64,000 nucleotides of DNA from Nitrospirota bacterium (GCA_963840455.1 CAWIYV010000010.1:256001-320000), one strand, 5' to 3'. Positions 18,861 to 29,540 are shown, counted from the first letter of the stretch. Numbers and translations: made by a program. Notes: generated from the sequence alone by a model not told the origin.

Positions 18861-20358
18861 CTATTTAAACTTAAAGTCAGCTTTGTATTTGCTTCCGTCT
18901 CCCAGGGCAAGGACCATTGTTCTACACTGGCCGGCGTATGTCTTCGGTGTCTTCCAGTTGAACTGCCAGTAACCATCGCCATCGTACTGCAGCCCCGAAG
19001 CGCCTGCCGCATACTCTTCAATTGCGTCTGTCGGGTCCCCTGTCAGGCTGCCGCAGTTGATCATGTATGATCCTAAGTCCCTGAAGCTGGTCGGATCAGA
19101 GATCGCCACTCCGTTTGCGTCAGTGAGCCGCCATTTGACGGGGATGGCCTGACCGGCCTTTGCGCTATTCACGATCGGCAGATTATCGACGGGGCTGAAG
19201 AACCCGGAGAAGAGGATCTCCGTGGTCGTCACGCTGAAGGCGCCGCTCACGCCGCCAATGGTGAGTGTTGCATTCGTCGTGGTTGCATAGGATCCCGACG
19301 AGGTCAGCTGTACGCTCACACGATCCCCGTTGTTAATGGTCCCGGTTGCGGATGTATAGACCCCGCCGTTGATCGAATACTGCCCGCCCGTGATCGAGAC
19401 CGGTGCGGGCGAGTTGATCCCAGTAACGGTTATTGCATTTGACGTCATCACCGTGTTCAGCAGGACTCCGGTTTGAGCAATGAAAGTGTAAGGATCAGGC
19501 GTAGTGTCCACAGGTGCGTTCTGGGTCGTAACACTGAACGTGTCGCTCACGCCGCCGATGGTGAGCGTGGCATTCGTCGTAGTGGAATACGATCCAGACG
19601 AGGTCTGGCTGACTGCAACCGCAGAACCATTGCTAACGGTCCTGCGGATGCGGATGTGTAAATCCCGCCATTAATCGAATACTGGCCTCCAGTGATCGAG
19701 AGTTAGATCCCTGACTGTTACGATGAAGCTGGAAATTGCGTATTACCGATATGCGCGCAGGACGCGTTCATGCCAGAGACGGTTATGGTGTTCGAGGCGG
19801 GACGGACGCGTAACGATATCGCAGCAATGTGACGAGTGTATTCAGCGCAATATTGGTCTGGACTATGAAGGTGAATGGATCGGGGGTGATGTCTGACGGC
19901 GCAGTCCATGCAGTCTTTACGCAGGAGTTCGAAGCGCTGAAGTTGATCCACCCGATGTTCTCACCCCAGGCATAGCCGGTGAACTTGCCGTCGCTCCCAA
20001 TGATCACCCCTCCGCCTGAGGGCTTGAAGTTGATCCATCCGACGTTCTCCGCCCAGGCATAGCCCGAGAGGTTTCCCTTCCCATCATTCACAACGGCGCC
20101 GTTCGCGGGATCAAGCTTGATCCATCCGATGTTCTCCCCCCAGGCCATTCCCGTAACTGCCGTATCGGTAACTGTCACACCGGGCCCCCACGAGGGCTGG
20201 AAGTTGATCCAGCCAACATTCTCCGCCCAGGCATACTGGCAGCCTGTAGAGCCAGGATCCATGTTCTCGGCATAAGCGCCGAAAGCATACAATACAAAAA
20301 CGGCAGTGATGAGGAGGATGGTTGGACGTTTCCATTGACTGAGTATGTTTCGCTTCAT
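18861..20358 (-). pseudogene. secreted adhesin-like protein (AWxENxGWI repeats, DxTPDPxTF repeats, C-terminal PxKF-like domain), interrupted ~19640-19830
   Basis: ORFs 19783-20379 and 18861-19550 join through a frameshifted copy of the TPDP repeat. Confidence 0.7.
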
Positions 20359-20379
20359 GATTATTCTCCTCTTATCCAA

Positions 20380-20928
20380 TTACTGAACATCATGGCTCTG
20401 ACCGCCTCGCACACACCATACGTAATTGCCGGAAATAGGGAACGGGAGGCCAGTGGAGAAGTCTACGCTCCAATAATTAGAAGTCGACCAATGTAGGCTT
20501 CTAAAATAGGGCAATGGGGCTGCACCGAAGGAATAATTAAAAACTATATCGGAAAGGCTCGTTAACTGCTCAATTGTCGGGAGGTGCCATCCTTGCCGAC
20601 CGCCTACTACTTTAGCAACGCAGGTATCAATAGCGGTTTGCAAATCAATAATTTCAGTCTTACCCGCAAAGCTCTCCCAAACAAGGCCTGTTTCCTTGTC
20701 CAGCACTGCAGCGCCATCGAGCACCACCTCAAATCTTGGACACGCAGTGATGTCGCAACTAAGTTTCTGGCTCCAAGTCGGCGGAATCTGGTCCAGCGTC
20801 TTCATCGTCGGAGCAGGTACGGCTGAAGGCTCGAGACTGCCTGCGTTTCCCATTACGGGAAAGAACAGTACCACAGCAATTGCAATCACTATTGCTGCAC
20901 TAATAACGTATGACCCTTTTTTATACAT
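20380..20928 (-). CDS. DUF1566 (Lcl C-terminal, CLec-like) protein
   Basis: VLDKETGLVWE, GWHLPTIEQL, VWCVRGG. Confidence 0.85.
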   Translation of the reverse strand: MYKKGSYVISAAIVIAIAVVLFFPVMGNAGSLEPSAVPAPTMKTLDQIPPTWSQKLSCDITACPRFEVVLDGAAVLDKETGLVWESFAGKTEIIDLQTAIDTCVAKVVGGRQGWHLPTIEQLTSLSDIVFNYSFGAAPLPYFRSLHWSTSNYWSVDFSTGLPFPISGNYVWCVRGGQSHDVQ

Positions 20929-21065
20929 GGTCTGATACTTCTTTGCATTGAATATCCGGAAAACTTCATGACATGCTCATATTAGTCCACATCCGGTTAA
21001 TACAGCCAGCATAGGTTCACCTCTGCACCCAACTAACAAATTATCAACCATCTCAAATCACCCAA

Positions 21066-21641
21066 TTACTGACCATCATAGCTCTGTCCACCTCGCACAC
21101 ACCACACAAGCGCAGAGTCGGTCTTAACAAAGTGGCTCACGGCGCTAGTGCCGATCATCAAGGTAAACGCGCGGGAGGGAGTGTCGGGGAAGAGAGTAGA
21201 CGTCCAGTAGTAGCCCGTTACCACGCCTGTAAAGGGATGTCCTGCCGGCAGCTTTGGATATCCAGCGGAAGACGAGTCAACGAGGCTCGCGAATTGCTCA
21301 ACTGTAGGGATGTGCCATCCTTTTCGGCCGCCCAACCATTTGTCAATGCAACCATATACAGCATTAATCCAAGGTGCGGACGTCGTACTCGGCGACTTTT
21401 CCCACACTAGGCCTGTTTCCTTATCAAGAACAGCAGCACCATCGAGCACCAACTCAAACCTTGCTGCGCCGGAAGTCTTCTGACTCCAGGTCGGCGGGAT
21501 CTGGTCAAGCGTCTTCATGGTCGGAGCGGGTGCTGCTGAAGGTTCGAGACTGCCCGCAATCCCCATCACCGGAAAGAACATCACCACAGCAATTGCCAGA
21601 ACGATTACTGCGCCTACGACGTATGGCTCTCTCTTACACAT
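21066..21641 (-). CDS. DUF1566 (Lcl C-terminal, CLec-like) protein, paralog
   Basis: VLDKETGLVWEKSP, GWHIPTVEQ, YWTST, VWCVRGG. Confidence 0.88.
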   Translation of the reverse strand: MCKREPYVVGAVIVLAIAVVMFFPVMGIAGSLEPSAAPAPTMKTLDQIPPTWSQKTSGAARFELVLDGAAVLDKETGLVWEKSPSTTSAPWINAVYGCIDKWLGGRKGWHIPTVEQFASLVDSSSAGYPKLPAGHPFTGVVTGYYWTSTLFPDTPSRAFTLMIGTSAVSHFVKTDSALVWCVRGGQSYDGQ

Positions 21642-21679
21642 GGCCTGTACCTCCTTCTCGACTGACATTAATTTCTGCC

Positions 21680-22405
21680 CTATTGTTTCTTTGCGCCTTT
21701 TTCATAGAAAGCAAGGTTCTCCTTGAGCCCCTTGTTCTCCGGCTCCAGCTCGATCGCCTTCTTTTCCGTTTCGATCGCCTCCGCCTTCTTGCCGTTGATG
21801 AAGTATGCCCGTGCGAGCGTGTCGAGCGCCTCGGCATTCTTCTCCTTCGTCATTTCCACGGCCCTCACTGCGTGCTCCAGGGCCTTGACCTTGTCCTGAA
21901 GCTTCTCGTCCTTTGCCGATGCATAGAGCCACGCCAGATTATTGTGCACACTCGGGTCCCTCGGGTTCAGTCCCAGGGCTGTGTTGTAGTCCTTCAGCGC
22001 GCCTTCCTGATCACCTCCTTGCATCCTCACCAGCCCCCGGTAGGTGTAGGCTGATGCCATTCGCGGGTCTAGGATGATCACCTTGCTGAGATCCTCCTCT
22101 GCCTTCTTCCCGTCCCCTTTCCGGTATGAGGCAACGCCCCGGTCGAAGTAATGGGAGGCCACAAAAGGAGAGGCCTCTATTGCCTTCGTGTAGTTGTCGA
22201 TGGCCGCTTGGTAGTTCTTCCGGTCCAGCGCGGCCTTTCCGTCGCGAACGACCTGTTGATAAGCCTGGTATTTCTGCGCAAAGTCCTCCTGCGCGGCGCT
22301 CGCGCGGTGAAGCGTCAGCGCCCATGCGCAGAGCAGAATAAAGGCAATGAGCAGCCCGCGAAGCGAACTAGAAAGATACGTTAAATGTGTGAACTTATTG
22401 CTCAT
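21680..22405 (-). CDS. exported TPR protein
   Basis: Signal peptide, TPR repeats, NNLAWLYA...LDTLARAY. Confidence 0.88.
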   Translation of the reverse strand: MSNKFTHLTYLSSSLRGLLIAFILLCAWALTLHRASAAQEDFAQKYQAYQQVVRDGKAALDRKNYQAAIDNYTKAIEASPFVASHYFDRGVASYRKGDGKKAEEDLSKVIILDPRMASAYTYRGLVRMQGGDQEGALKDYNTALGLNPRDPSVHNNLAWLYASAKDEKLQDKVKALEHAVRAVEMTKEKNAEALDTLARAYFINGKKAEAIETEKKAIELEPENKGLKENLAFYEKGAKKQ

Positions 22406-22435
22406 TGTGGTTTATCCCAAAAGGGGCATCATTCA

Positions 22436-22483
22436 AAACAAAAAGCCGAGCATACCAAAGGTGTCAACCTTCGGTAGCTCGGC
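22436..22483 (-). terminator. riboswitch expression-platform terminator
   Basis: GCCGAGCUACCGAAGG-UUGACA-CCUUUGGUAUGCUCGGC followed by U-tract, overlapping aptamer 3' end. Confidence 0.82.
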
Positions 22484-22550
22484 CGTCTTGATATCATCAG
22501 ACCCGTTGCTTTCCGTCCCCGCCTCACGACGGGTTTGGCTTTATCGAGTT
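22470..22550 (-). ncRNA. cyclic di-GMP-I (GEMM-I) riboswitch
   Basis: GCCAAACCCGUC-GUGA-GGCGGGGACGGAAAGC...GGGUCU...AGACGGCCGAGCUACCGAA fits GEMM-I consensus. Confidence 0.9.
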
Positions 22551-22614
22551 GGTTTCGCTATATCACGAAACAGATGCGAATATGCACGATTTCTAAAATG
22601 CGATATTGGAAAAC

Positions 22615-22730
22615 TGAATCCAGGAGCGAACGTATTCCCCGTAGTTTGCTGCGGGGTTAGCGAGCGATTAGAATGAAATTACTGCCTTGAGGATCGAAGA
22701 TTCCCTGCAGCTTGCTGCAGGGAATTTCAA
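22615..22730 (-). mobile_element. ~118-bp two-hairpin element, copy B
   Basis: Reverse-complement match to copy A. Confidence 0.75.
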
Positions 22731-22923
22731 TGCTCGTGTTGCACTACGAATTTAGTTTGAATATAGCAGAGGAGGGGACACTATGATGGGGTATTTTTAG
22801 GGTATTGCATGAAATTGCAGCATATTCATGAAGCATACACTTGTGAGGATCGCGGGGATTTTCCGGGGACGGATGACGCTTCCTCGCGTTCTCTAACCGT
22901 CTGACGGTTCTTGGAAGAAAATC

Positions 22924-24252
22924 CTATCCCTTGTCGCTGTTCTGGATCGCCTGGTACAAACGCTGCACGAGGACCTGGTTGTAACCGTGAGAGGTCATGT
23001 TGGCCGTAATGCGGCCTTTGATGGGGAAACCGAGGAGATAGAGGTCGCCGATCAGGTCCAGGATCTTGTGGCGCACGAACTCGTCGGGATAACGGAGCTC
23101 CGTGTTGATGACCTTGCCGTCGTACATGATGATGTGCGACTGGAGATACCCGCCTCCGACCTTTCCCAGTTTCTGGGCCATATCGATGTTCTCAAAGGTG
23201 TTGAAGGAGCGGGCCGGAGCTATGTCCCGCGCGAAAGAGCCCGTCATCGGATTGAACGTAAGGACCTGTTCGCCTATGGGGAGCGGATAGTCGACGCGCA
23301 TCGATATCTCGAACCCTTCATAAGCCTCCGCATAGAGATGCTTTTCATGCTTTTCTTCTTTTCCAAATCCGATCTTTTGGCGGATGACAGCGACCTTGGT
23401 GGAGGCGGACTGTTCCTCGATCCCCGCCTCTTCGATGAGTCCGCAAAAATCCTTGGCGGAACCGTCCACGTTCGGTATCTCCTCGTCGACCTTGATGAGC
23501 ACATTGGTTATACCGTACATGGAAAGGACCGCCATCAGGTGCTCAACCGTGCGCACCCGCCGCCTGCCGTTGTCCAGGGTGGTGGAGTTGGCGGAGAAGG
23601 TCTTCGAGGAGCCGACCTGGGCGTAATCCTCAAGGGACGTAATATGTCCACGGATGGTCTGGCCGTCAAGCGTTTGATAGACGATCCCTTCGTTGATACC
23701 GAGGGGGCTTAGAATGATACCGGTGTTCCGGCCGCTCAGGAGCCCGATGCCGTTCAGGACCATGTTCCCCCGCAGGGTGCGCTGTGGTTCAGGGGAATCC
23801 ACCACGTCCACCACGCCGGGAGGCATCGAAAGATCGGCGCTGACGATCTCAAGCCTCGTATCCGAGGGCAGGACCGTGCTGCGCCCGGCAGGCCGGTGCT
23901 TCAGCGCGGACTCCACCTTGTCGAGCAGGACCTCCATATGCAGCGGCTTTTCCAGAAAATCGTAGGCGCCCGCCTTGATGGCGGCAACCGCCGACTCGAT
24001 GCCGGCATGTCCGCTCATCATGATGACAGGGAGCTGGGGGAACCGGCCATGCAGACGTTTCAGAAGCTGCATGCCGTCCATGCCGGGAAGCCAGACATCC
24101 AGCAGGACGAGAGAGGGCTCCATGGTAGCGAGCCTCTCCCAGAAGCTCTCCGAATCTGGAAATATGAGGGCCGGATATCCCTCGTCCTTCAGGATGCTCG
24201 CGACCGTGGAACAGATGGAAGGTTCGTCGTCTACTATACAGATAGGGTTCAT
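22924..24252 (-). CDS. lpxC: receiver domain fused to UDP-3-O-acyl-GlcNAc deacetylase
   Basis: IVDDE, LLDVWLPGMDG, FLEKP (REC), then TVEHLMAVL and HKILDLIGDL (LpxC zinc motifs). Confidence 0.9.
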   Translation of the reverse strand: MNPICIVDDEPSICSTVASILKDEGYPALIFPDSESFWERLATMEPSLVLLDVWLPGMDGMQLLKRLHGRFPQLPVIMMSGHAGIESAVAAIKAGAYDFLEKPLHMEVLLDKVESALKHRPAGRSTVLPSDTRLEIVSADLSMPPGVVDVVDSPEPQRTLRGNMVLNGIGLLSGRNTGIILSPLGINEGIVYQTLDGQTIRGHITSLEDYAQVGSSKTFSANSTTLDNGRRRVRTVEHLMAVLSMYGITNVLIKVDEEIPNVDGSAKDFCGLIEEAGIEEQSASTKVAVIRQKIGFGKEEKHEKHLYAEAYEGFEISMRVDYPLPIGEQVLTFNPMTGSFARDIAPARSFNTFENIDMAQKLGKVGGGYLQSHIIMYDGKVINTELRYPDEFVRHKILDLIGDLYLLGFPIKGRITANMTSHGYNQVLVQRLYQAIQNSDKG

Positions 24253-24429
24253 AGAAGATCATGCCTCATGTTCGTACCGGGCAGATTGCGCGCTTCACCT
24301 ACGAGCAAGCAATGTCTGTTGATAATCAGGAGATCCAAAGTACCGGATGAAACACGCACATCGACGGAATTAACCGGCCCCTTTGATCCTATTGCCTATT
24401 TGGCGCGATGGCCTCACCAATGTTAGTGC

Positions 24430-24861
24430 TTATTTTGAAAAATCAAACTCAAATGCTGTTGCATCTCCATCGGCGAGAGACTTGACACCGTAATATTTAC
24501 CACCAGCTTTGAATATGTATTTGCACCATTTTTCAGTGCGTTTAGGCCATTCAAGCGTAACGCAATAAGTTCCATTTTTACCAATATGCCATGTACCTTG
24601 AGCGGTTACTTGCGTCATTAACTTTTTCATACTACGGCCAACATCGCTATAGGCAACAAATTTACCATCGAGCTCATTCGTCCACTTGCGGGTGCTCCCG
24701 GCGATATAGCTGATGACTTTGGCATTCGGCATAAGCTGGTTTAGCTCGTCTGTTGATAGCTGAACCCCGTTCTGTGCCTTAAGGTCGTTCAGAACCAGGT
24801 CACCAGCTTGAGCAGCCAAGGGAAAGGCAAGCAAAACGGATACAAGGATTGAACGAAGCAT
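24430..24861 (-). CDS. exported hypothetical protein (DUF995-like), lower GC
   Basis: Signal peptide; GTWHI..GTYCV..W..WC pattern. Confidence 0.6.
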   Translation of the reverse strand: MLRSILVSVLLAFPLAAQAGDLVLNDLKAQNGVQLSTDELNQLMPNAKVISYIAGSTRKWTNELDGKFVAYSDVGRSMKKLMTQVTAQGTWHIGKNGTYCVTLEWPKRTEKWCKYIFKAGGKYYGVKSLADGDATAFEFDFSK

Positions 24862-24994
24862 GAGACACCCCCTAATCAGTTATTCGGCATCTCCAGCTTT
24901 GATCACCTCGGCTATAAGTACAGGATGATCTTACATGACGACTATAGCATAAACGTTTTATTTCTAAAAGTAGTTTCCCGGCCGACGTACTTGC

Positions 24995-25032
24995 AAAAAA
25001 ACAAAGGCCCGTGCCATTCCGCAACGGGCCTT
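24995..25032 (-). terminator. intrinsic terminator
   Basis: AAGGCCCGT...ACGGGCCTT with U-tract on minus strand. Confidence 0.65.
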
Positions 25033-25119
25033 CCTTCATATTGGATCTTAAATAACGAATCGTCGCACTGAGAAAATGCATTTCTCCTTTGCCGAAATGG
25101 CAAAGAGGATGCCGATGAA

Positions 25120-26094
25120 CTACCCCTTTCCGATCGCAGCAAGGTCCTCCTCGATCATGCCACGGAAGAGCGGGACCTTATACTCGTTCTCTTTGAGCGG
25201 CTGCGCGTTCTTCATCGCGGCCTCTGCTGCCTTCGTGATGACATCAGCATCGAGCTTCTTGCCTGTAATGGCCGCCTCAATCTCCCGGGACCTCCAGGGA
25301 ACAGGCGCGGCGCCGCTCAGGACCGCGCGGGCATCAGCGACCACGCCGTCCTTGAACCGGAGCGCCAGTGCGATTCCGGCCAGGGCAAAATCCCATGACG
25401 CCCGCGCCCGCACCTTGCGGTACGAGCTGCGCAGTCCGCGTGCAGGCGGCAGCACGATCTCGGTAACGATCTCTCCCGGCTCGAGCACCGTTTCCCTGCG
25501 CACATCCGTACGCGGCAGAACGTGGAACTTCTCGACCGGAACGGTCCTCGAGCCTTTCGGTCCCGTGATCCGCACCGAGGCATCGAAGGCGACAAGCGCC
25601 GGCGCCGTGTCCGAAGGATGGACGATGAAGCAGGGCCCGCCGCCCAGGATGCAATGATACTGGTTCTCGCCGGCAACAGCGAAGCACTTCTCCCCGCCCT
25701 TCCGGAGGCAGTCGAACTCTCCGCGGTAGTACCAGCAGCGCGGCTTCTGGCAGAGGTTGCCGCCCATGGTCCCCTGGTTCCTAAGCTGGGGGCTCGCAAC
25801 CTCGCGGGCTGCCTGCGCAAGCGCCGCATAGTGTTCATTCACTGCCGGATGCTCCGCCACCTCGGTGATGGTCGTGAGCGCGCCGATGCGCAAGCCGTTG
25901 TCTGGGGTTGTGGTGATCCCTTTCAGCTCTTTGAGCCCGCTGATGCTCACCAGCTTCTTGACGGCAAAAACATGATCTCGCAAGCATCCGAGGAGGTCGG
26001 TCCCTCCCGCATGCAGACCGGCGCCTGGCGAGGAGAGTTGTTTCATTGCCTCCTTCAGGGTTTTTGGACGTACATAGGAAAAGTTTGTCAGCAT
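25120..26094 (-). CDS. xanthine dehydrogenase family FAD subunit (PaoB/YagS-like, 4Fe-4S insert)
   Basis: AGGTDL, ASPQLRNQGTMGGNLCQKPRCWYYR. Confidence 0.9.
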   Translation of the reverse strand: MLTNFSYVRPKTLKEAMKQLSSPGAGLHAGGTDLLGCLRDHVFAVKKLVSISGLKELKGITTTPDNGLRIGALTTITEVAEHPAVNEHYAALAQAAREVASPQLRNQGTMGGNLCQKPRCWYYRGEFDCLRKGGEKCFAVAGENQYHCILGGGPCFIVHPSDTAPALVAFDASVRITGPKGSRTVPVEKFHVLPRTDVRRETVLEPGEIVTEIVLPPARGLRSSYRKVRARASWDFALAGIALALRFKDGVVADARAVLSGAAPVPWRSREIEAAITGKKLDADVITKAAEAAMKNAQPLKENEYKVPLFRGMIEEDLAAIGKG

Positions 26095-26134
26095 GGATTT
26101 TCCTCCCGATGTTCACCTGACGCAAATGTTTCTC

Positions 26135-28459
26135 CTACTTCATTGCCTGGCTGAACAGCTTCATGAGCCGCGGCGGGATCATCGGCGTTTCAAAGACCCT
26201 CACGCCCGTGGCATGATACACGGCATTCCCGATGGCCGCTGCCGTAGGGATGGTCACAGGCTCACCCAGTCCCTTAGCGCCCGTAAGATTCGCTTCGGGA
26301 TCCGGCCGGTCTATGGGAAGGCACGTCATGTCCGACGGGACATCGAGCATGGTCGGCAGTTTATAGTCGTGCCAGTTCTTGTTCACCAGCTTGCCGGTCT
26401 GATCTTTGTCAAGGACCCTGCCCTCGGTCATGGCAAAGCCGATGCCCATCGTGATGCCGCCGAATGTCTGGTTGTCGAAGGTCAGCCGGTCCATTACCCT
26501 TCCGCTGTCCTGTGCCGCCAGGAAGCGGACGATCCGGACCTCGCCTGTCCTCGTATTCACCTCCACTTCGCAGAACTGCGCGGCAAAAGGGTTCACGACC
26601 TTGCCTTCCGGGTTCGGGCCGCGGTAGCCTACACCCACAATGACCCCGCGCTTTTTAAGCCCCGTGACACCGGTGATCTTGATCTTTTTCGACGGATCGG
26701 AGAGCGAGACGATCTCGTCCCCGCTCAGCACCAGGTCCGAAGAACTTGTTTTTAGATCTTCTGCCGCATGCTCCAGGAGCTGCTGCTTGACGCTCAAGGC
26801 CGCTGCGCGCACGGCCGGCGATTCCGTCGGCACGGTCTTGCTGCCGCCGCTCGGCGTTGCATACTGCGTCGTGCCTGTGTCGGCATGCTCGATCTGGAGC
26901 GCGTCGGGCTTCACACCCAGCTCTTCGGCGACGACCATGGCCATCACGGTCTTGGTGCCGGTGCCGAGGTCACTCGCGCCCATGTTGAGGTTCGCGCTGC
27001 CGTCGGCAAAGAACTTCACGAGTACCGTGGACGGAGGATTGCCGCCGCCAGCGACCCAGAGGCCGGCCGCCATGCCCACTCCTCTCCTGATATGTCCGGT
27101 CTTCGGCAGCCCGGCGATCTTGTTCCGCGCTTCCTTCCATCCGAAGGCTTGAGCGCCTTTCTCAATGCACACTTGCAGCCCGGTCGTGGTGTAGGGCGGA
27201 TTGTCCGGCCGCGCCTGGCTGAAGGCCGGAACGTTCTTGAGCCGCAGCTCGACAGGGTCCATCCTGACCGCCTCTGCCAGACTGTCGAGCATCTGCTCGA
27301 GCGCCCACGCACCCTGGGGATGGCCGGGCGCGCGAAACGGCCGGGCAGGACCGGCATTGATGTACACATCCGTCGTATCGGTGCTGACATTGGGACAGCG
27401 GTAAAGGTCGCGGACCAGCCAGTCAAGAAGCGATGTTCCGCCTGCGGGATAGGCGCCGCTGCTGCCGATGCCGCTGAATTCGAGGGCGGTAAGCGTCCCG
27501 TCCTTCTTCACCCCCGCCTTCAGTTTCATGGTGCTCGGCGGCCGGTTCCCCGCGGCGAGGTAGGTCTCTTCGCGCGAGAAGAACAGCTTGACCGGACGGG
27601 CGGTCCTCTTCGCGAGCAGCGCGGCGATTATGGTTGCCTTGTCCGCCATCAGCTTGCTGCCGAAGCCGCCTCCCATATAATGCCCGATGACGCGCACTTT
27701 CGAGAGCGGCAGTCTCAGCACCTCGGCGACCCGCGCCTGGACCGCGAACACCCCCTGCGTGGATTCCCAGATCGTGAGGGAATCGCCGTCCCACTTTGCA
27801 ACGCACCCGTGCAGTTCCATGGGCGTGTGGAGCTCGCTCTCGTTCCGGTACGTCTGCTCGAGCACGACGTCCGCTTCGGCAAATCCTTTCGCTACGTCGC
27901 CGCGCTCGTACTTGTCCGTCTTGACCTTGTTCCCTTCCTTGTGCACCTGCGCGGCTCCCGCATCGAGTGACTTGCGCTCATCGGACACGAACGGGCAGGA
28001 TATCATAGGCTCACCTTGATCGACCGCACGGCATCCCATGCCTGGTACGGGGTCTCTGCTGCCACTGCGGCTACGGTCTCTCCCTCGAACCGGCACTGGG
28101 GATCAAAGAGCTTTGTCTTCACCTCCGGTGTATAGGGCCACAGGATGTCCGCACCCGGCGTTTTGGCGGAGAGAACAGCTCGAACGCCCACAGCCTTCTC
28201 TGCCTCCCTCGTGTCCACGTCCTTGACCACGGCATGGGCGTGCGGACAGCGGAGGATCGCGGCGAACAGCATGTCCGGGAAGATGATGTCAGAAGGATAG
28301 ACTGCGTTCCCGCTCACGCGCTCGTAGGCGTCCACGCGCGGCAGGGGCTTGCCCACCACCTTCGTTGTCTGCCAGGGCTTCACTCCCGATGCGGGCCTGG
28401 GCGTCTCCGGCAAGGGAATGTTCTGTGCGATAATAAAGTTCTCGTTCGTCCTTTTTCAT
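26135..28459 (-). CDS. xanthine dehydrogenase family molybdopterin subunit, apparent 1-bp frameshifts near 28429 and 27990-28010
   Basis: GGGFGSK, FRAPG, GAKGLGEP; N-terminus lies in ORF 28003-28413; RBS before ATG 28459. Confidence 0.8.
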
Positions 28460-28543
28460 GGTCCACCTCGTTCGATGACGCTTTCGCGGTACAGGTGCTG
28501 TGTGTCCCTGTTCTGGGTCCTCGCTTACCGGTCTGAACTGCTC

Positions 28544-29191
28544 TTATACTTTTTTCAGCTCGGCCGCGCGCGTTGCGGCATTCACGATATGCTTATAGGC
28601 GCCGCACCGGCACAGGTTGCCGCTCATGCCGCTTCGGATCTCTTCGACCGAGGGTCGGGGCTTCTTCCGCAGCAGTCCCTCGACGGACATGATCTGGCCC
28701 GGCGTGCAGTATCCGCACTGGAAGGCGTCGTGCTCTGCAAAGGCCTGCTGGACCGGGCCGAGCTCCTCGCCCTTCATCAGCCCCTCGAGTGTCGTGATCT
28801 TCGCGCCCTCGGCCTCCACGGCAAGGGTCATGCAGGCATACCGCGGCACATCATCGATCAGCACCGTGCAGGCCCCGCACTCTCCGCGTTCGCATCCGAC
28901 CTTGGTGCCCGTCAACCCCAGCCCTTCCCGGAGCACATAGAGAAGCGACCACCGCGGTTCCACGAGCAGCCGATAGCTGCGGCCGTTGATCAAGAGCACC
29001 ACGTTCGTCATCTCGCCGCGTTCAGTCATCTCCGCTTCTGCTGCAGGCGTCGCGTTCAGCTTGTCCGCCATAGCAAGCGAAACGGCACCGACCCCCATGG
29101 TCGTCAGGAATCCACGGCGCGTCAGCCCGCGGGCCGTCTCCTGGTCCTTTGCTTCCTGGTCCTGCGTGTCGGCATCATTCTCGTTCGTCAT
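28544..29191 (-). CDS. 2Fe-2S subunit with Tat signal (PaoA/YagT-like)
   Basis: TRRGFL, GCERGECGAC, QCGYCTPG, CRC. Confidence 0.92.
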   Translation of the reverse strand: MTNENDADTQDQEAKDQETARGLTRRGFLTTMGVGAVSLAMADKLNATPAAEAEMTERGEMTNVVLLINGRSYRLLVEPRWSLLYVLREGLGLTGTKVGCERGECGACTVLIDDVPRYACMTLAVEAEGAKITTLEGLMKGEELGPVQQAFAEHDAFQCGYCTPGQIMSVEGLLRKKPRPSVEEIRSGMSGNLCRCGAYKHIVNAATRAAELKKV

Positions 29192-29540
29192 AGTGCTCTC
29201 CTTCTCAAAAAATGCGTCTCGCGCTGGTGAAAAGAACTTGTCCCGGGGAAAGTGCGGATACAGTTAAAGCATAGCGCGGCAGAAGGAAATTGGCAAGGGA
29301 GGGCGTTCCCCCGGATGATTCTAAAGTATGAATAACACAAAAGCGAAATTGAGCAAAGCTGCACCATTATGTAATTGTCGCTTAGTTAGAAGGTGCTTCT
29401 TGCTTGACGGCTTGAGGATACAAGTATTATTCCAAAAGTGGTTTCTTGACAGCCATGCTGGCCAGATAACAAAAGCCCGTACCGGACATCCGGCACGGGC
29501 CTTCTTGAATTATGAATCTTGAATATTGAATTGTGTTCAG

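Noticed and set aside
20929-21065. DGR template repeat between the DUF1566 genes
   Set aside because: No AAC-rich copy of the variable region and no reverse transcriptase in the window.
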